From: Candidatus Latescibacterota bacterium
GTDB taxonomy: Bacteria; Latescibacterota; UBA2968; GCA-2709665
NCBI GenBank assembly: GCA_963662665.2
Contig: CAXXJS010000055.1
Location: 1 to 64,000, forward strand
DNA length: 64,000 bases
Reading direction: 5' to 3'
The number at the start of each line of letters is the position of its first letter. Positions within the stretch are counted from its first letter, which is position 1. The translations under genes and the position numbers were made by a program. Below the pieces are notes generated by a model. The model searched no databases, was not told the DNA's origin, and saw nothing but the letters and a program-made list of their open reading frames with translations. This document shows, piece after piece, positions 19,501-30,176 of the stretch.

Positions 19501-20703
19501 CTATCTCCCGGACAGAACACCGGAGGAGTCCTGTGCGCGTCGGCGATCCATGCGCTCGTACAGGACGAGAACTGGTGACATCAGCAACGGAAGGACAATG
19601 CCGCACAACAGAACCACGCCGGCGCTCAGCCCGTCGCCAACGTCCGGCTGTGTCCCTGCCGCGAACACATCCGGCAGAAGTGCGAATACGACAAATCCCT
19701 GAGGGAGAACCTGGGACCAGTCTCGAACGTATAGACGTGCAAAATGCCTGGCAGACAGACCGCCGACGGTTTTGCCCAAAAGCATCGCGGCGACGTAGAT
19801 TGCCAGAACCTTCCATTGAAGCATGGAGATCTCAAGTAGGCCGGTGAGATCGAGTCCAGCCACAAAAAACGTGAGTACAAAATGTGAGAGGGGAACGGAC
19901 AGGGGCTCCATCGACCGCAGGGAATACCCGGACCTCCCCGACCGCGCGGCAACACCCACACCGGTCACGAGCGCCAGAAAGAAAGGAGAAATGTGCATCA
20001 TTTTTGCACAAACGAAAAGCGTCGCCACAATGGCGCCGAACAGAACCTGTCCTCCATATCTGGTTCTAACCGTGTGCGTTATCCTGATAATGAGTTCAAT
20101 GCCCACCGCCCACGTTATCACGGATGGGATAGCCCGATACAACCCGGGTGAACGCAGAATCAGGTCCGCGAGGAACCAGATTGATAACGCCAACATCGTT
20201 ACCAGGAGCGAGAAGGACAGCGCCTCTCGCCTGCCCGGTTGAGAAATGAGCGTGATCACGGGACCGGACATCGAGGCAAGCAGACCCAGTCGGATCGCCT
20301 GGACGGCCGAAAGATCCAGAAAAAACGTAAACGCGAGCGAAGCCAGTGCCAATGTTGCGCCGGCGGAGAGCAATGCGGCGGCGCCAAGATTCTTGCTGAA
20401 AAACCGGTGATATGAAAAACTAGCTCCCAGATACAAGCCGACCCAGGCCTGCGCGAGTTCGGCGAAGGGCGCAGTCGCGGTAAATGCGTCGGTCTCCCGT
20501 AACCCGAAACTGCCGGCAAGAAATCCAAGAAACAGGGATATCACGTGGACGGGAATGCCCGACCCTGCCAACGTGCTTGCAATGGTCAAAGGAATCGTCA
20601 GCATGAGGCCGACGTATACCACGGGCTGGATCGAATCGGGGAAATGCCGATGGGCCCCCCAGACAACCGCACACACGATAACACAAATAAAAAAACGCCT
20701 CAT
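19501..20703 (-). CDS. Polytopic membrane protein, cation:proton antiporter-like
   Basis: 400 aa with many hydrophobic helices; FFVAGLDL segment; family call is tentative. Confidence 0.65.
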   Translation of the reverse strand: MRRFFICVIVCAVVWGAHRHFPDSIQPVVYVGLMLTIPLTIASTLAGSGIPVHVISLFLGFLAGSFGLRETDAFTATAPFAELAQAWVGLYLGASFSYHRFFSKNLGAAALLSAGATLALASLAFTFFLDLSAVQAIRLGLLASMSGPVITLISQPGRREALSFSLLVTMLALSIWFLADLILRSPGLYRAIPSVITWAVGIELIIRITHTVRTRYGGQVLFGAIVATLFVCAKMMHISPFFLALVTGVGVAARSGRSGYSLRSMEPLSVPLSHFVLTFFVAGLDLTGLLEISMLQWKVLAIYVAAMLLGKTVGGLSARHFARLYVRDWSQVLPQGFVVFALLPDVFAAGTQPDVGDGLSAGVVLLCGIVLPLLMSPVLVLYERMDRRRAQDSSGVLSGR

Positions 20704-20784
20704 ACGGTACCTTCCGTATGTTCAAACTCCGTGTCCGACCCGGTTATTTGTCAGCACTCTGCAAACTGTTTCAGGGACGTAACA

Positions 20785-22003
20785 TCAGTTGGATACGTCT
20801 CGGGGTTTGGGCAGTGGTATCACTTGTCCGAACGCTGCCGAGACCAGAACCGCAGCGATGAGCGCGTAGAGATTGGGCCCTGAATCCAATAGGAGAAGCT
20901 GAGCCGCCAGAGCCACGGACAGGGTCCCGAGGGGCCTGAGAGCAGAGCCGATAATTTCGGTGAGTGAGAGATGGCATCGGGCCAGGCGGGCGGAAACCGT
21001 AAGGCTGATACCCCTCGCCAGACTCCTGGCGACAAGGAACAAAAACGCGAAAGCCGTCAATCGCAACACAGCAAGGTTCTGCGTCGCAAGCAGTCCTCCA
21101 ACAACCAAGAAAAAGACGGGTTGCACGATTCCTGTGGTTTTCTCCAGAATTTCAAGTGCGTCCCTGCGCCCGCGTGGTCGTATTGATGAACCAAACGCCG
21201 GAGATGAAGCCGATGACGACCCCCGGAATCGCCTTTCCTACACAGAGTCCACCGACGATAGCCACTGTACCTCCCGCGACAATCGTACACAGGACATCGT
21301 CCTGAAAAGTCCCGAAGATAAAGGTTAGCAACAGCCCCAGAAGAATACCCGCGCCCGCGTACAACACCCAGAAGCCCGCGGTACTCACCAGGGTGAAGGG
21401 ACCGAGTTCGAGAACGGTTCCGCCCGTGCAATATGGGTACAAGATCGTAAGAAGGGTCATCCCGACCGCATTGGTGATAAACGGGCCCGCCGGGGAATTT
21501 TCGACTGGGGGGGTGGCAAGGGCAGATCTCACGTAATATATCCGGTCCGGCATACGGAGCGTGGTTGCCAGCGTCCCAAGCAGCAGAGCGATAAGGGTGG
21601 GTTCGGCCGTGATTCCCATCTGGTACCGCAACACGGGCCTCCACAACAAGGCCATGAAAAAGACGATGGCGGCGGTTCCCAGGACCTGAAGCCCTTCAAG
21701 TGCGAGGTGGCGGGTCGTGCGCCTACCCAACCGGCGGAAGTCGAACCGGAGACCGGTGAACATACCCAACCAGACCAGGATGACGCCCAACAGTCCCTCT
21801 TGTATGCCTGCAACGATCACCGCAAGTTCGCTCTCCATAGCCATGATGAATCCCGCCGCCATCCCGATTGGAACAAAATGCAGGTGGCTTGTTCGCAGAC
21901 TGTCCAGGGGTGCGGCAAGCTTGCGCTTCACGAACAGGTTTCGGCAGATCAGGCAGATTGCGTAGATAAGGTAGAAGCTGGCGATTACTCGCATCGAATC
22001 CAT
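20785..22003 (-). pseudogene. Frameshifted polytopic membrane protein (antiporter-like); pseudogene or assembly error
   Basis: ORFs 21152..22072 and 20785..21126 join into one hydrophobic protein if one base of the CCC at 21169-21171 is removed (WFINTTTRRRDALEILEKTTGIVQPVFF). Confidence 0.65.
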
Positions 22004-22110
22004 CCGTCTTCGGATTTTCCGTTGTCGCGGCTGTCGAACCGTGCACGGAGTATAGCCCCTGGTAGGTACCAAGTCAAGCCCGAAGTCCGTTATCAGTGAG
22101 GCCCATCCGC

Positions 22111-22139
22111 TTGACAGTGGAGGTGTTTTGACATATATT
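22111..22139 (+). promoter_or_regulatory. Putative sigma-70 promoter for hprK
   Basis: TTGACA-17 bp-TATATT. Confidence 0.65.
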
Positions 22140-22264
22140 CAATTCCTGCAAGAACCTATAAATGTAAAGGTTATGCGCGGAGCATAAGGGGTACCCGATG
22201 GCGTCCGGGGCGCGCGGATTCCGTCATTCAATCCTCGGCTTCGTACTCGTAGCGGCGCCAAACC

Positions 22265-23245
22265 ATGGAGCCCGGTGTGCAGGAAATTTCAATTGCGGAA
22301 GTGCTGGAACACTTCGGCGAAAAGCTCGCCCTGAAGTTGATCGCCGGTAAAGACGACACGGAAAAGAAGCTGACCTCCAGCGACGTGCACCGGCCAGGTC
22401 TCGTCCTGGCCGGCTTTGTGGGTCTGTTCACGTTCGACCGCGCACAGGTGCTGGGCAACTCCGAAATGTTGTACCTCGACGGTCTTTCTCCCCGCAGACT
22501 CCGTATGGTATTGGAAACCGTGTTCCAGTTCGACATCCCCTGTGTGGTGGTTACCGACGGAAACGAGGTTCCCCCAACTCTGGTGAAACTGGCCTCGCAG
22601 CGTCGCATCCCGTTGATGGTCACACCGTTCTCAACGACGAAGTTTTCCCACCTCTTTTCATTCTATCTGGACGATGTGTTTGCACCGCGGACCGCCATCC
22701 ACGGGTCCCTCGTTGATGTCTACGGAATTGGGCTGCTGTTTACCGGTCGAAGCGGAATCGGGAAGAGTGAAATTGCATTGGATCTCGTCGAGCGCGGGCA
22801 CCGGCTGGTCGCCGACGATATCGTGCTGGTTTCCAGAAAGCTCCAGGGTATTCTGGTTGGCAACTGTGGCGATGCGTTACGGGATCATATGGAAATCCGC
22901 GGCCTTGGTATTCTGAACGTCCGGCACATGTTTGGTATCGGTGCTTTTCGGATTCAAAAACGGGTTGAGGTCGTTGTTCAGCTTGTGGAATGGGACGAAA
23001 CCAAATCCTACGAACGCGTGGGTCTGGAAGAGGATTGGGTGTCAATTCTCGACGTGGAGATTCCACAGGTGACCGTGCCGATCTATCCGGGCAAGAATAT
23101 CACTGTCATTTCGGAGGCCATTGCGTTGAATTATCAGCTCAAGATTCAGGGTTACCATACGGCGCGCGAATTCAACCGCAGATTGATCGACAAGATCAGC
23201 CGAAAAGGCGCATCGGAAATGCCGATTCGCGCAGACATCGAGTAA
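22265..23245 (+). CDS. hprK: HPr kinase/phosphorylase
   Basis: HRPGLVLAGF, Walker A GRSGIGKSE, LVERGHRLVADD, HMEIRGLGI. Confidence 0.96.
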   Translation: MEPGVQEISIAEVLEHFGEKLALKLIAGKDDTEKKLTSSDVHRPGLVLAGFVGLFTFDRAQVLGNSEMLYLDGLSPRRLRMVLETVFQFDIPCVVVTDGNEVPPTLVKLASQRRIPLMVTPFSTTKFSHLFSFYLDDVFAPRTAIHGSLVDVYGIGLLFTGRSGIGKSEIALDLVERGHRLVADDIVLVSRKLQGILVGNCGDALRDHMEIRGLGILNVRHMFGIGAFRIQKRVEVVVQLVEWDETKSYERVGLEEDWVSILDVEIPQVTVPIYPGKNITVISEAIALNYQLKIQGYHTAREFNRRLIDKISRKGASEMPIRADIE

Positions 23246-23351
23246 CCGTGTTGCATTCCTTCAGCCCCTATACAGGCGCCGTTGAGACGTCACAAACGGG
23301 ACGGATGACCGTGAACCGCACGAAGGTTCGAAATTTGAGGAGCGATGTGAA

Positions 23352-24272
23352 ATGGCGAGAGTAATTTCAGCATTTCTATGTATGGCAATGTGCGCCGGAT
23401 GCGGCAACGAGGCCGGCAGGAGAGAGAAGAAGGCGGGACGTTTGTACTATGTTGTATTTCGAGACCGCGAAGAACAGTTGGAAGACCTGCCGGAGGCGAT
23501 CGCACAGTACGCCGGGATCTCCAGGGAATACGGAGATACGCCCTCCGGAAAAAAGGCGGCCGAACGCTATGAGCAGCTTGTGAAGGCCCGGGACTTGCTG
23601 GCGGGATCGGATTCCCTGGGTGCCGACCAGTGGGTGCCTTTCTATTCTCGCGTGGATTCGGTCGCGCCAGGATATCCACCGGTTGTCCGGGCGCTGGGCC
23701 GGCAGTATTTCAACAATACTCACCTGGCGGCCCGATCAGGCGCCATGACGCGTCACCCTGCAATTATTCGGAGTGTGCTGAAAATCTGGGGGCGACAGGA
23801 CAGTCTCTGGTCGAAATACGAATTTCGTCCTACGGAAACGGATAAAGCGTGGCGAGACAAGCTGTGTCGGCAGGCTACCGACGTCGCGCGCATGCTGGAG
23901 GGGGTCAGGCGTTATGGCGAAGCGCTCCAGGTTGTAAGTCGGGGGCTGGAATACGGCGTTGGCGAAGGAGCAATTGCCCATGCGAGGGTATTCGCGTCGT
24001 ATTACAGTTTCCGGGCCGCCCGCTACGAGGAAGGCGTCGATCTTGCAAGGAAAGCACTGGCCTATGAGTTTCTTGAAAAGGAGGACAGCGCCAGAGCGTA
24101 TCATGTTCTGGGACTGTGTTACTGGCGACTGTCAGATCGGGGCGGTGGGCCATCCGATTTACAGAAGGCGATCGACGCATTGAATGAGGCGCTGCAGATC
24201 GATCCGGAACTCACGTCCGTGAGGGAGTTACTGAAAGAACTTCGCCTGTATCAGAAGCGGAATCCTGCCTGA
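23352..24272 (+). CDS. TPR-containing putative lipoprotein
   Basis: Lipobox-like CAGC; ARAYHVLGLCY...AIDALNEALQIDP TPR pattern. Confidence 0.7.
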   Translation: MARVISAFLCMAMCAGCGNEAGRREKKAGRLYYVVFRDREEQLEDLPEAIAQYAGISREYGDTPSGKKAAERYEQLVKARDLLAGSDSLGADQWVPFYSRVDSVAPGYPPVVRALGRQYFNNTHLAARSGAMTRHPAIIRSVLKIWGRQDSLWSKYEFRPTETDKAWRDKLCRQATDVARMLEGVRRYGEALQVVSRGLEYGVGEGAIAHARVFASYYSFRAARYEEGVDLARKALAYEFLEKEDSARAYHVLGLCYWRLSDRGGGPSDLQKAIDALNEALQIDPELTSVRELLKELRLYQKRNPA

Positions 24273-24382
24273 CGGGCGGCGGCTCGGCGGTTATCAGGAG
24301 GGAAATCCGGGAGCCCCGCGGTCATAAGGGCAACGAGCAGCGTGGGTAAGCGAACGGATCTCATAGGAGGTCGAACGGGAAA

Positions 24383-25690
24383 ATGAGAGCGGTCGTATGT
24401 AAATTCGGCGGAAGTTCGCTGGCCGACGAACGGCAGATGGCACAGGTTAAGCAAATAATCGAATCCGATGCCCGCAGGCGAATTATCGTTCCGTCGGCGC
24501 CCGGCAAGCGCAACGACGACGATACCAAAATTACTGACTTGCTCTACCTGTGCCAGGAATTGGCCAGGCAGAATCTGGATTTTTCAGAGCCCTACTCTAT
24601 TGTACGTTCCAGATATGAAGAACTCGCAGAAAAACTGCGAATTTCGCTCGATATCTGCCAGTTGCTCGATCAGTTGAAGATCAGTATTGAAAAGGGAGCC
24701 TCCAGGGATTTCGTCGCTTCCAGGGGGGAGTATCTGTGTGGTCGGGTAATGGCCGATTATCTGGGAGCAACCTTCGTCGACGCGACGGAAGCCATCCGTT
24801 TTCGACCCTGCGGCCAACTGGATCCCTCCACTTACCGCCTCCTCGCGGAGCGGATCCACGGCGGCGGGATCTTCGTCGTGCCTGGATTCTACGGCAGCGA
24901 TCCGGGTGGCGAGGTAAGGACATTCTCAAGAGGTGGTTCCGATATCACGGGCGCTATTGTTGCACGGGCCGTCGATGCGGGCGTCTATGAGAATTGGACC
25001 GACGTATCGGGACTGCTCATGGCTGATCCGGGCCTCGTGCCGGGTGCGCGCCCGGTCCGTGAAATCACGTATCGAGAGGTTCGGGAACTGGCATATATGG
25101 GGGCATCGGTGTTCCACGACGAGGCCATGTTTCCCGTACGCGCAGCGGGGATTCCAATCCACATTCGAAACACGAACCGGCCGCAGGACAAGGGTACCCG
25201 GATTCTGGCCCGCAGGGAATTGACCGACGATCTCATTGCGGGCGTTGCCGGACAGCCGGCATTTACAATGTTGTTTATAGAAAAGGCAATGATGAACCAG
25301 CAGAAAGGCTTTGGACGTCAGGTGCTGGAGGTGGTGGCGTCGCACGATATCAGCTACGAACATACGCCATCCGGAATCGATACGATGTCGGTTATCATGC
25401 GGGACGACCAGCTGGGCGAGAAGGGTGAACGACTCGTCGTCGATATTCAACGGATTTTGCAGCCGGATCGCGTTGAACTGTTGCAGGGACTGGCTCTCAT
25501 CGCAACCGTCGGCGAAGGAATGTCCCACCGGATCGGCATCGCCGCCCGTTTGTTCAACGCACTCGCCGACGCACGCGTCAACGTCCGTGTGATCGACCAG
25601 GGCGCATCTGAAATCAACATCATCGTGGGAGTGGAAGAGGCAGACTACAAACGGGCGGTGCGAGCCATCTACAATGCATTCATAAACTGA
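24383..25690 (+). CDS. lysC: Aspartate kinase
   Basis: KFGGSSLA, VPSAPGK, TFSRGGSDITG, ENWTDVSG, C-terminal ACT domains. Confidence 0.93.
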   Translation: MRAVVCKFGGSSLADERQMAQVKQIIESDARRRIIVPSAPGKRNDDDTKITDLLYLCQELARQNLDFSEPYSIVRSRYEELAEKLRISLDICQLLDQLKISIEKGASRDFVASRGEYLCGRVMADYLGATFVDATEAIRFRPCGQLDPSTYRLLAERIHGGGIFVVPGFYGSDPGGEVRTFSRGGSDITGAIVARAVDAGVYENWTDVSGLLMADPGLVPGARPVREITYREVRELAYMGASVFHDEAMFPVRAAGIPIHIRNTNRPQDKGTRILARRELTDDLIAGVAGQPAFTMLFIEKAMMNQQKGFGRQVLEVVASHDISYEHTPSGIDTMSVIMRDDQLGEKGERLVVDIQRILQPDRVELLQGLALIATVGEGMSHRIGIAARLFNALADARVNVRVIDQGASEINIIVGVEEADYKRAVRAIYNAFIN

Positions 25691-25867
25691 ATCCTATAGG
25701 CGTTCCGTACCGGGAACAAGACGCCACTCATCCACCTGCCTTTGCGTGAGACAGCACGCACAGGCGCCGCCCTGAGCAGGTTGAAGAGATGCCGGCCCGG
25801 CGACCCTGCGGCCGAATCCTGTCGATCAATTCACCGGACCGAAAGCTGACGCAACCGGCATGCAGGA

Positions 25868-25898
25868 AAAAGGGGCTTCCGTTAAGGAGGCCCCTTTT
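25868..25898. terminator. Bidirectional intrinsic terminator
   Basis: AAAAGGGGCTTCC-gttaa-GGAGGCCCCTTTT between convergent genes. Confidence 0.75.
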
Positions 25899-25929
25899 GG
25901 ATTTCCAGATACAGACGAGACTTATCCGA

Positions 25930-27183
25930 TCAGTGCCCGGCGTTTTCCCTTACCGGCGTTCGGGAAGCGGCCTCATACTGGCGATCGAATGTCTCGCTGC
26001 CGTCGTCGGACACGGCTTCCAGGATGGAACCGGGTTCCGAAATCGGCTGTGCGTCTTCCACGTAGATCCGGTGAAGGTCTTGCCGGTTGCACGCGTAGTT
26101 CGTGATTTCCCCATTGGCGCGGGAGTAACGGTAGAGATGGCGTGGCGGGTCCACCCAGGCATGAGACACGGCGTATCGCGTCAATGACTCCCGGTCGACG
26201 TTTACGCCCAGACCGGGCGCTTCAGGCACACGATAGAATCCTCCACGCACGTCGTGCGGGATTTCGATTAAAGTACGATCCCAGATGTTCATGCACGTGA
26301 TGGCCGGCCATTTGGCCTGCGGCAGGACAGCTCCGAGATGCGCCGCCCATGCCGTTGTGATGCCCGTCCCGACAAGCTGCAACCAGAACGGTTTGTTGGC
26401 TTCGTCACAAACTGCGGCCTGACGCAACAATCCGGACGCGCCCGCGCACAGCACGAAACCGTCCGTAACGTCCTCCTTCAGTGCGGTGATTGCGGGAGGG
26501 CTGCCGTAATGCATGGCGAGAGGCCGATTGAAACGCCTTCGGATCTGGCGGTTGCCCTCCACGTCGTTCTGGGGAATCGGGGTCTCCACCATTGCAATCT
26601 CGGGATATGCCTCCAACGCTTTCAGGTGCGGTACGGCATTTGCGGAATTTGCCAGCGTGCCGTTGTAGTCGAAGTCCAGGTGGAATCCATCCGGTACCAC
26701 TTCCTGTACGGCCCGGACCGACGCATGCAGATCAAACCACGGGCGGGCTTTCAATTTGGCGCTCATATATCCGGCTTCCACCGCCTGTTGGCATTCTACG
26801 GCCCAGTCCCCCGGCGGCATGTCCATGTGCCACCAGGAGATAGGGCACCAGTCCCGGACTTTCGCGCCGAGTAAACGGTAGACGGGTACTTCCAGACCCT
26901 TGGCCACCGCGTCGAACAGCGCCATTTGTACGCCGGCGCCCAGACTGTCGTCCCACATCAATTCGGCCGCGGGCCGGTTACGTATGCGGTTTTCGATCTG
27001 GTCGGGTACCTGCGCCCAGGTATAGTTGTGAACGGTTTCACCCCAACCCACAATGCCATTCTCCATCGTAAGCCTGCATATCTGGATGATGCGCCATTGG
27101 GGCAACCAATATTGCAGGTGTTCGTTGCTGTGCCGTGTGAACGGTACGTCCAGAAACGTCAACTCGATCTCTTTGATTTGCAT
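25930..27183 (-). CDS. Mandelate racemase/muconate lactonising enzyme (enolase superfamily) protein
   Basis: GWGET, QMALFDAVAK, PVYRLLG, KLKARP, ETPIP, VPEAPGLGV. Confidence 0.88.
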   Translation of the reverse strand: MQIKEIELTFLDVPFTRHSNEHLQYWLPQWRIIQICRLTMENGIVGWGETVHNYTWAQVPDQIENRIRNRPAAELMWDDSLGAGVQMALFDAVAKGLEVPVYRLLGAKVRDWCPISWWHMDMPPGDWAVECQQAVEAGYMSAKLKARPWFDLHASVRAVQEVVPDGFHLDFDYNGTLANSANAVPHLKALEAYPEIAMVETPIPQNDVEGNRQIRRRFNRPLAMHYGSPPAITALKEDVTDGFVLCAGASGLLRQAAVCDEANKPFWLQLVGTGITTAWAAHLGAVLPQAKWPAITCMNIWDRTLIEIPHDVRGGFYRVPEAPGLGVNVDRESLTRYAVSHAWVDPPRHLYRYSRANGEITNYACNRQDLHRIYVEDAQPISEPGSILEAVSDDGSETFDRQYEAASRTPVRENAGH

Positions 27184-27206
27184 CGAAACTCTCCTCGGAT
27201 ACAGGA

Positions 27207-28694
27207 TCAACGCCTTATCCCGAGACGGTCCTCCAGCTTTCTCGTAACGGTCTTCAATACTTTGATCCTGGCGTAATATTTCGAATTCGACTCAACAATC
27301 ACCCACGGTGCGTTGGGTGTGCTGGTTCGATGGATCATTTCTTCCACCGCTTCCTCGTACTCGTCCCACTTCTCCCGGTTTCTCCAATCCTCGTCACCGA
27401 GCTTCCACAGCTTGTGGGGGTTCTTTTTTCGATCCTTGAACCTGTTCAGCTGTTCGCCTTTATCCACGTGCATCCAGAATTTGAGCACCACGGCGCCAAA
27501 ATTCGCCAGGTGTTCTTCCATTTCGTTGATTTCTCTATAGGCGCGTTTCCACTCAGATTCCGAACAGAATCCCTCGATTCGTTCCACCAGGACCCTTCCG
27601 TACCAGGAACGGTCAAAAATGGCCATGTGCCCGGTCTTGGGCATTCGATTCCAGAATCGCCAGAGGTAGTGGTGGTCCATCTCAATGTCGTTGGGGGCCG
27701 AAATTGGAATAACCTCGTATCCTCTGGGGTCCATATTCTGCACAAGGCGTTTGATATTGCCGCCCTTTCCCGCGGCATCCCAACCTTCGTAGACCAGAAC
27801 AACCGGGATGCGCCGGCGGTGAACCTCGTGTTCCAGGTTCTTGATGCGGGCCTGGTACTTTTTCAGGGCTTTGCGATAGTCGGATTTTTTTATTGTTCTT
27901 GAAAGATCTACTTTCTTCAGCAGGCCGGAGGGGGTCCTATCGAGTTTGGGGGGGGTTTGCCGGGTTGAGGCGTCGGCATTCTCCAGTTGCCGGATTCTGC
28001 TCTCTACAGCTTCGATTACGGTTTTGAAAATCTGGATGTTCGCAGACCGCCAGTCTTTAGCACCGACCGGCGTCCATGGCGCGAACTCCGAATGGGTTAT
28101 TTCCAGCATCTCCGATGCCACCGAAAGGCACGCGCGGTAGTTCTCATGTTTTTGCCAGTCGTAATCGGTTATGCGCCAGGCCGTTGACGGGCTGCGCTGC
28201 AGCTTCATGAAACGTTTCCTCTGCTCGGCCCGGGAAATGTGAAGGAAAAACTTTACGATAACCGTACCTGCGTCGACAAGCTGTTTCTCAAAAGATCTGA
28301 TTTCGTCGTACGCCCGTACCCAGTCCTGTTCAGCGATCGTATTGTCCATTCGTTCGACCATAAAGCGTCCGTACCAGGACCGGTCGAAGATCGCTATTCT
28401 CCCTGACTCGGGTATTTTGGTCCAGAAACGCCACAGGAAGGGCATTCTGCGCTCGTCTTCATTGGCCGGATGGGTTGGATACACGCTGAATCCTCTGGGG
28501 TCCAGAGCAAGCAGCAGCTTGTTGGTGTGGGTCCCTTTCCCGGAAGCCTCCAGGCCCTCGAAAACGACGACGATCGGGATCTTCCACTTTCGGGCATTTC
28601 GCTGGAGATGTCCAAGTCTCAGTTCGAGATCCGGTATGAGTTCTTTGTATTTCGATTTTGACAATTTTCGTGAAAGTTCAACGGTGTCCAGCAT
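27207..28694 (-). CDS. pap: Two-domain polyphosphate kinase 2 (polyphosphate:AMP phosphotransferase)
   Basis: Two PPK2 domains: FEGLEASGKG/FDRSWYG and YEGWDAAGKGG/FDRSWYGRVLVERIE; GGAGGA upstream of ATG 28694. Confidence 0.92.
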   Translation of the reverse strand: MLDTVELSRKLSKSKYKELIPDLELRLGHLQRNARKWKIPIVVVFEGLEASGKGTHTNKLLLALDPRGFSVYPTHPANEDERRMPFLWRFWTKIPESGRIAIFDRSWYGRFMVERMDNTIAEQDWVRAYDEIRSFEKQLVDAGTVIVKFFLHISRAEQRKRFMKLQRSPSTAWRITDYDWQKHENYRACLSVASEMLEITHSEFAPWTPVGAKDWRSANIQIFKTVIEAVESRIRQLENADASTRQTPPKLDRTPSGLLKKVDLSRTIKKSDYRKALKKYQARIKNLEHEVHRRRIPVVLVYEGWDAAGKGGNIKRLVQNMDPRGYEVIPISAPNDIEMDHHYLWRFWNRMPKTGHMAIFDRSWYGRVLVERIEGFCSESEWKRAYREINEMEEHLANFGAVVLKFWMHVDKGEQLNRFKDRKKNPHKLWKLGDEDWRNREKWDEYEEAVEEMIHRTSTPNAPWVIVESNSKYYARIKVLKTVTRKLEDRLGIRR

Positions 28695-28798
28695 ACGGTA
28701 TCCTTCCTCCGACTGAGTCAGGTGGGTAATACGCCTGCGATTCAGGGACATTATTAGCGCATCCGGACGGCAATGTCAACCGGATAAAGAACGGTTAT

Positions 28799-28958
28799 CA
28801 GTCCGTTGGAAAAGTCGCTCTGCAGGCGAAGCCGAGTCATTGTGGCCGAAGACCAGGCGCCCGACCGCGTCGAATCGGGGGATTCGAGGAGGGAGTGCAA
28901 CGCAGTCATTCGGCCGCAAGGGCCGGACGCAGCCCGGACGGAGGTTTTCAATGGGCTG
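28799..28958 (+). mobile_element. MITE copy 1 (160 bp, full length)
   Basis: Imperfect terminal inverted repeats CAGTCCGTTGGAAAA / GTTTTCAATGGGCTG; colinear with copies at 42025 and 60767. Confidence 0.85.
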
Positions 28959-29078
28959 TCAGCCCCGGTGACGACGGGCGAAGGAAAATTGTGCGGCATC
29001 CCGGGCAGTTTCTTATATTGTGCCGGGCCGGAACATCGATTGTCATGGGTCCCCGAACCATTTTTCCAAGGAGTCGGT

Positions 29079-30086
29079 ATGGCAATTCGACTTATTCACC
29101 TGGGTGTTGGAGGCAGAGGAAGGTGGCCGGTTCGTCGCGTGATTGAACGGCCGGACTTCGAAAGCGTGGCGCTTGTCGATGTGAACGAAGACAATCTGAG
29201 AGTAGCCCGGGAGGAGTCGGGGCTGCCCGAAGCCGCGTGTTACCGGTGTCTGATGGATGCGCTCAACAGCGTCGAGGCCGACGCCGTCGTTGTCATCACG
29301 CCCCCGCAGTTGCACGCCGAGCAGTGTCTGCAGGCGGTTCGGGCGGGCAAACACGTTCTCGTGGAAAAGCCGTTCACCAAGAGTCTGGCCGACGCATGCC
29401 GGGTGGTACGGGAAGCCGATGCCATGGGCGTCAGGGTTGCCGTGTGTCAGAATGCCAGATACTCGGCGGCGCACGTCACGCTCAACCGTCTCGTAAGGGA
29501 GGAAACATACGGCCGGCCGGTATTCGGACTGATGACCAAGTACGGGTGGAGGCCTCGCATTCACCATTCAGGGGAAGATGAACACGCCTATCTGTGGGAG
29601 CGGGGCATACACGATCTGGATACCCTTCGTTTCCTGTTCAACGCAGATCCTGTCCGCGTTTGGGGGCACAGTTTCAATCCGCCCTGGAGCCCCTATAGGG
29701 GTGGTGGCGGTGTCCACGCGTGGATCGAATTTGAGGGTGGGGCGACTTGCGGATATCTCTGCACGTTTGCGGCACACAAGGGCGGTTCGGGCTTCAGGGT
29801 GGAGCTGGATGGAGGCGCCGTGGAGTTGACTGACAACGGTTTGCTTCTGCGCGCCCCGGGGGAGGACGAAGACGTTGTGATTCCCCTGGACAAGGCCGCA
29901 CCGCCGGAGGCAGTTCTGCTGGACGGTTTCCACGGGTATGTGACCGGAGGTAGCGAACCGGATTTCGGCGGACACCGCAATCTCGCGACCGTCGGAATGG
30001 TGGAGGGGATTGGTACCGCTTCGGACGAGGGACGCGTCATCGATTTTCACGAATATATGATGAACGCAAGGGTCAACTCCCGATAA
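29079..30086 (+). CDS. Gfo/Idh/MocA-family oxidoreductase
   Basis: GVGGRG, ITPPQLHA, GKHVLVEKP, IHDLD; AAGGAG RBS before ATG 29079. Confidence 0.9.
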   Translation: MAIRLIHLGVGGRGRWPVRRVIERPDFESVALVDVNEDNLRVAREESGLPEAACYRCLMDALNSVEADAVVVITPPQLHAEQCLQAVRAGKHVLVEKPFTKSLADACRVVREADAMGVRVAVCQNARYSAAHVTLNRLVREETYGRPVFGLMTKYGWRPRIHHSGEDEHAYLWERGIHDLDTLRFLFNADPVRVWGHSFNPPWSPYRGGGGVHAWIEFEGGATCGYLCTFAAHKGGSGFRVELDGGAVELTDNGLLLRAPGEDEDVVIPLDKAAPPEAVLLDGFHGYVTGGSEPDFGGHRNLATVGMVEGIGTASDEGRVIDFHEYMMNARVNSR

Positions 30087-30176
30087 TGACGCAATATCGG
30101 CGTCGGTTACCGGCAAAACAACACCACCCGGACGCGCCTGCATTCGCTGCGGGCGCATTTTAGCGAGGAAGGCGAC

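Noticed and set aside
24273-24382. Possible lysine or SAM riboswitch before aspartokinase (TTATCAGGAG...GGCAAC)
   Set aside because: Only 110 nt, too short for a lysine riboswitch, and the remaining SAM-I core (GGTGC, closing P1 strand) is not visible; an Rfam search would settle it
27948-27955. G8 tract in the PPK2 interdomain linker as a phase-variation site
   Set aside because: Frame is intact, it encodes a Thr-Pro-Pro linker, and there is no evidence of length variation
28806-29078. N-terminal extension of the Gfo/Idh/MocA ORF (likewise 42075..42215 and ORF 60753..60974)
   Set aside because: These are translations of the MITE sequence; better starts lie downstream
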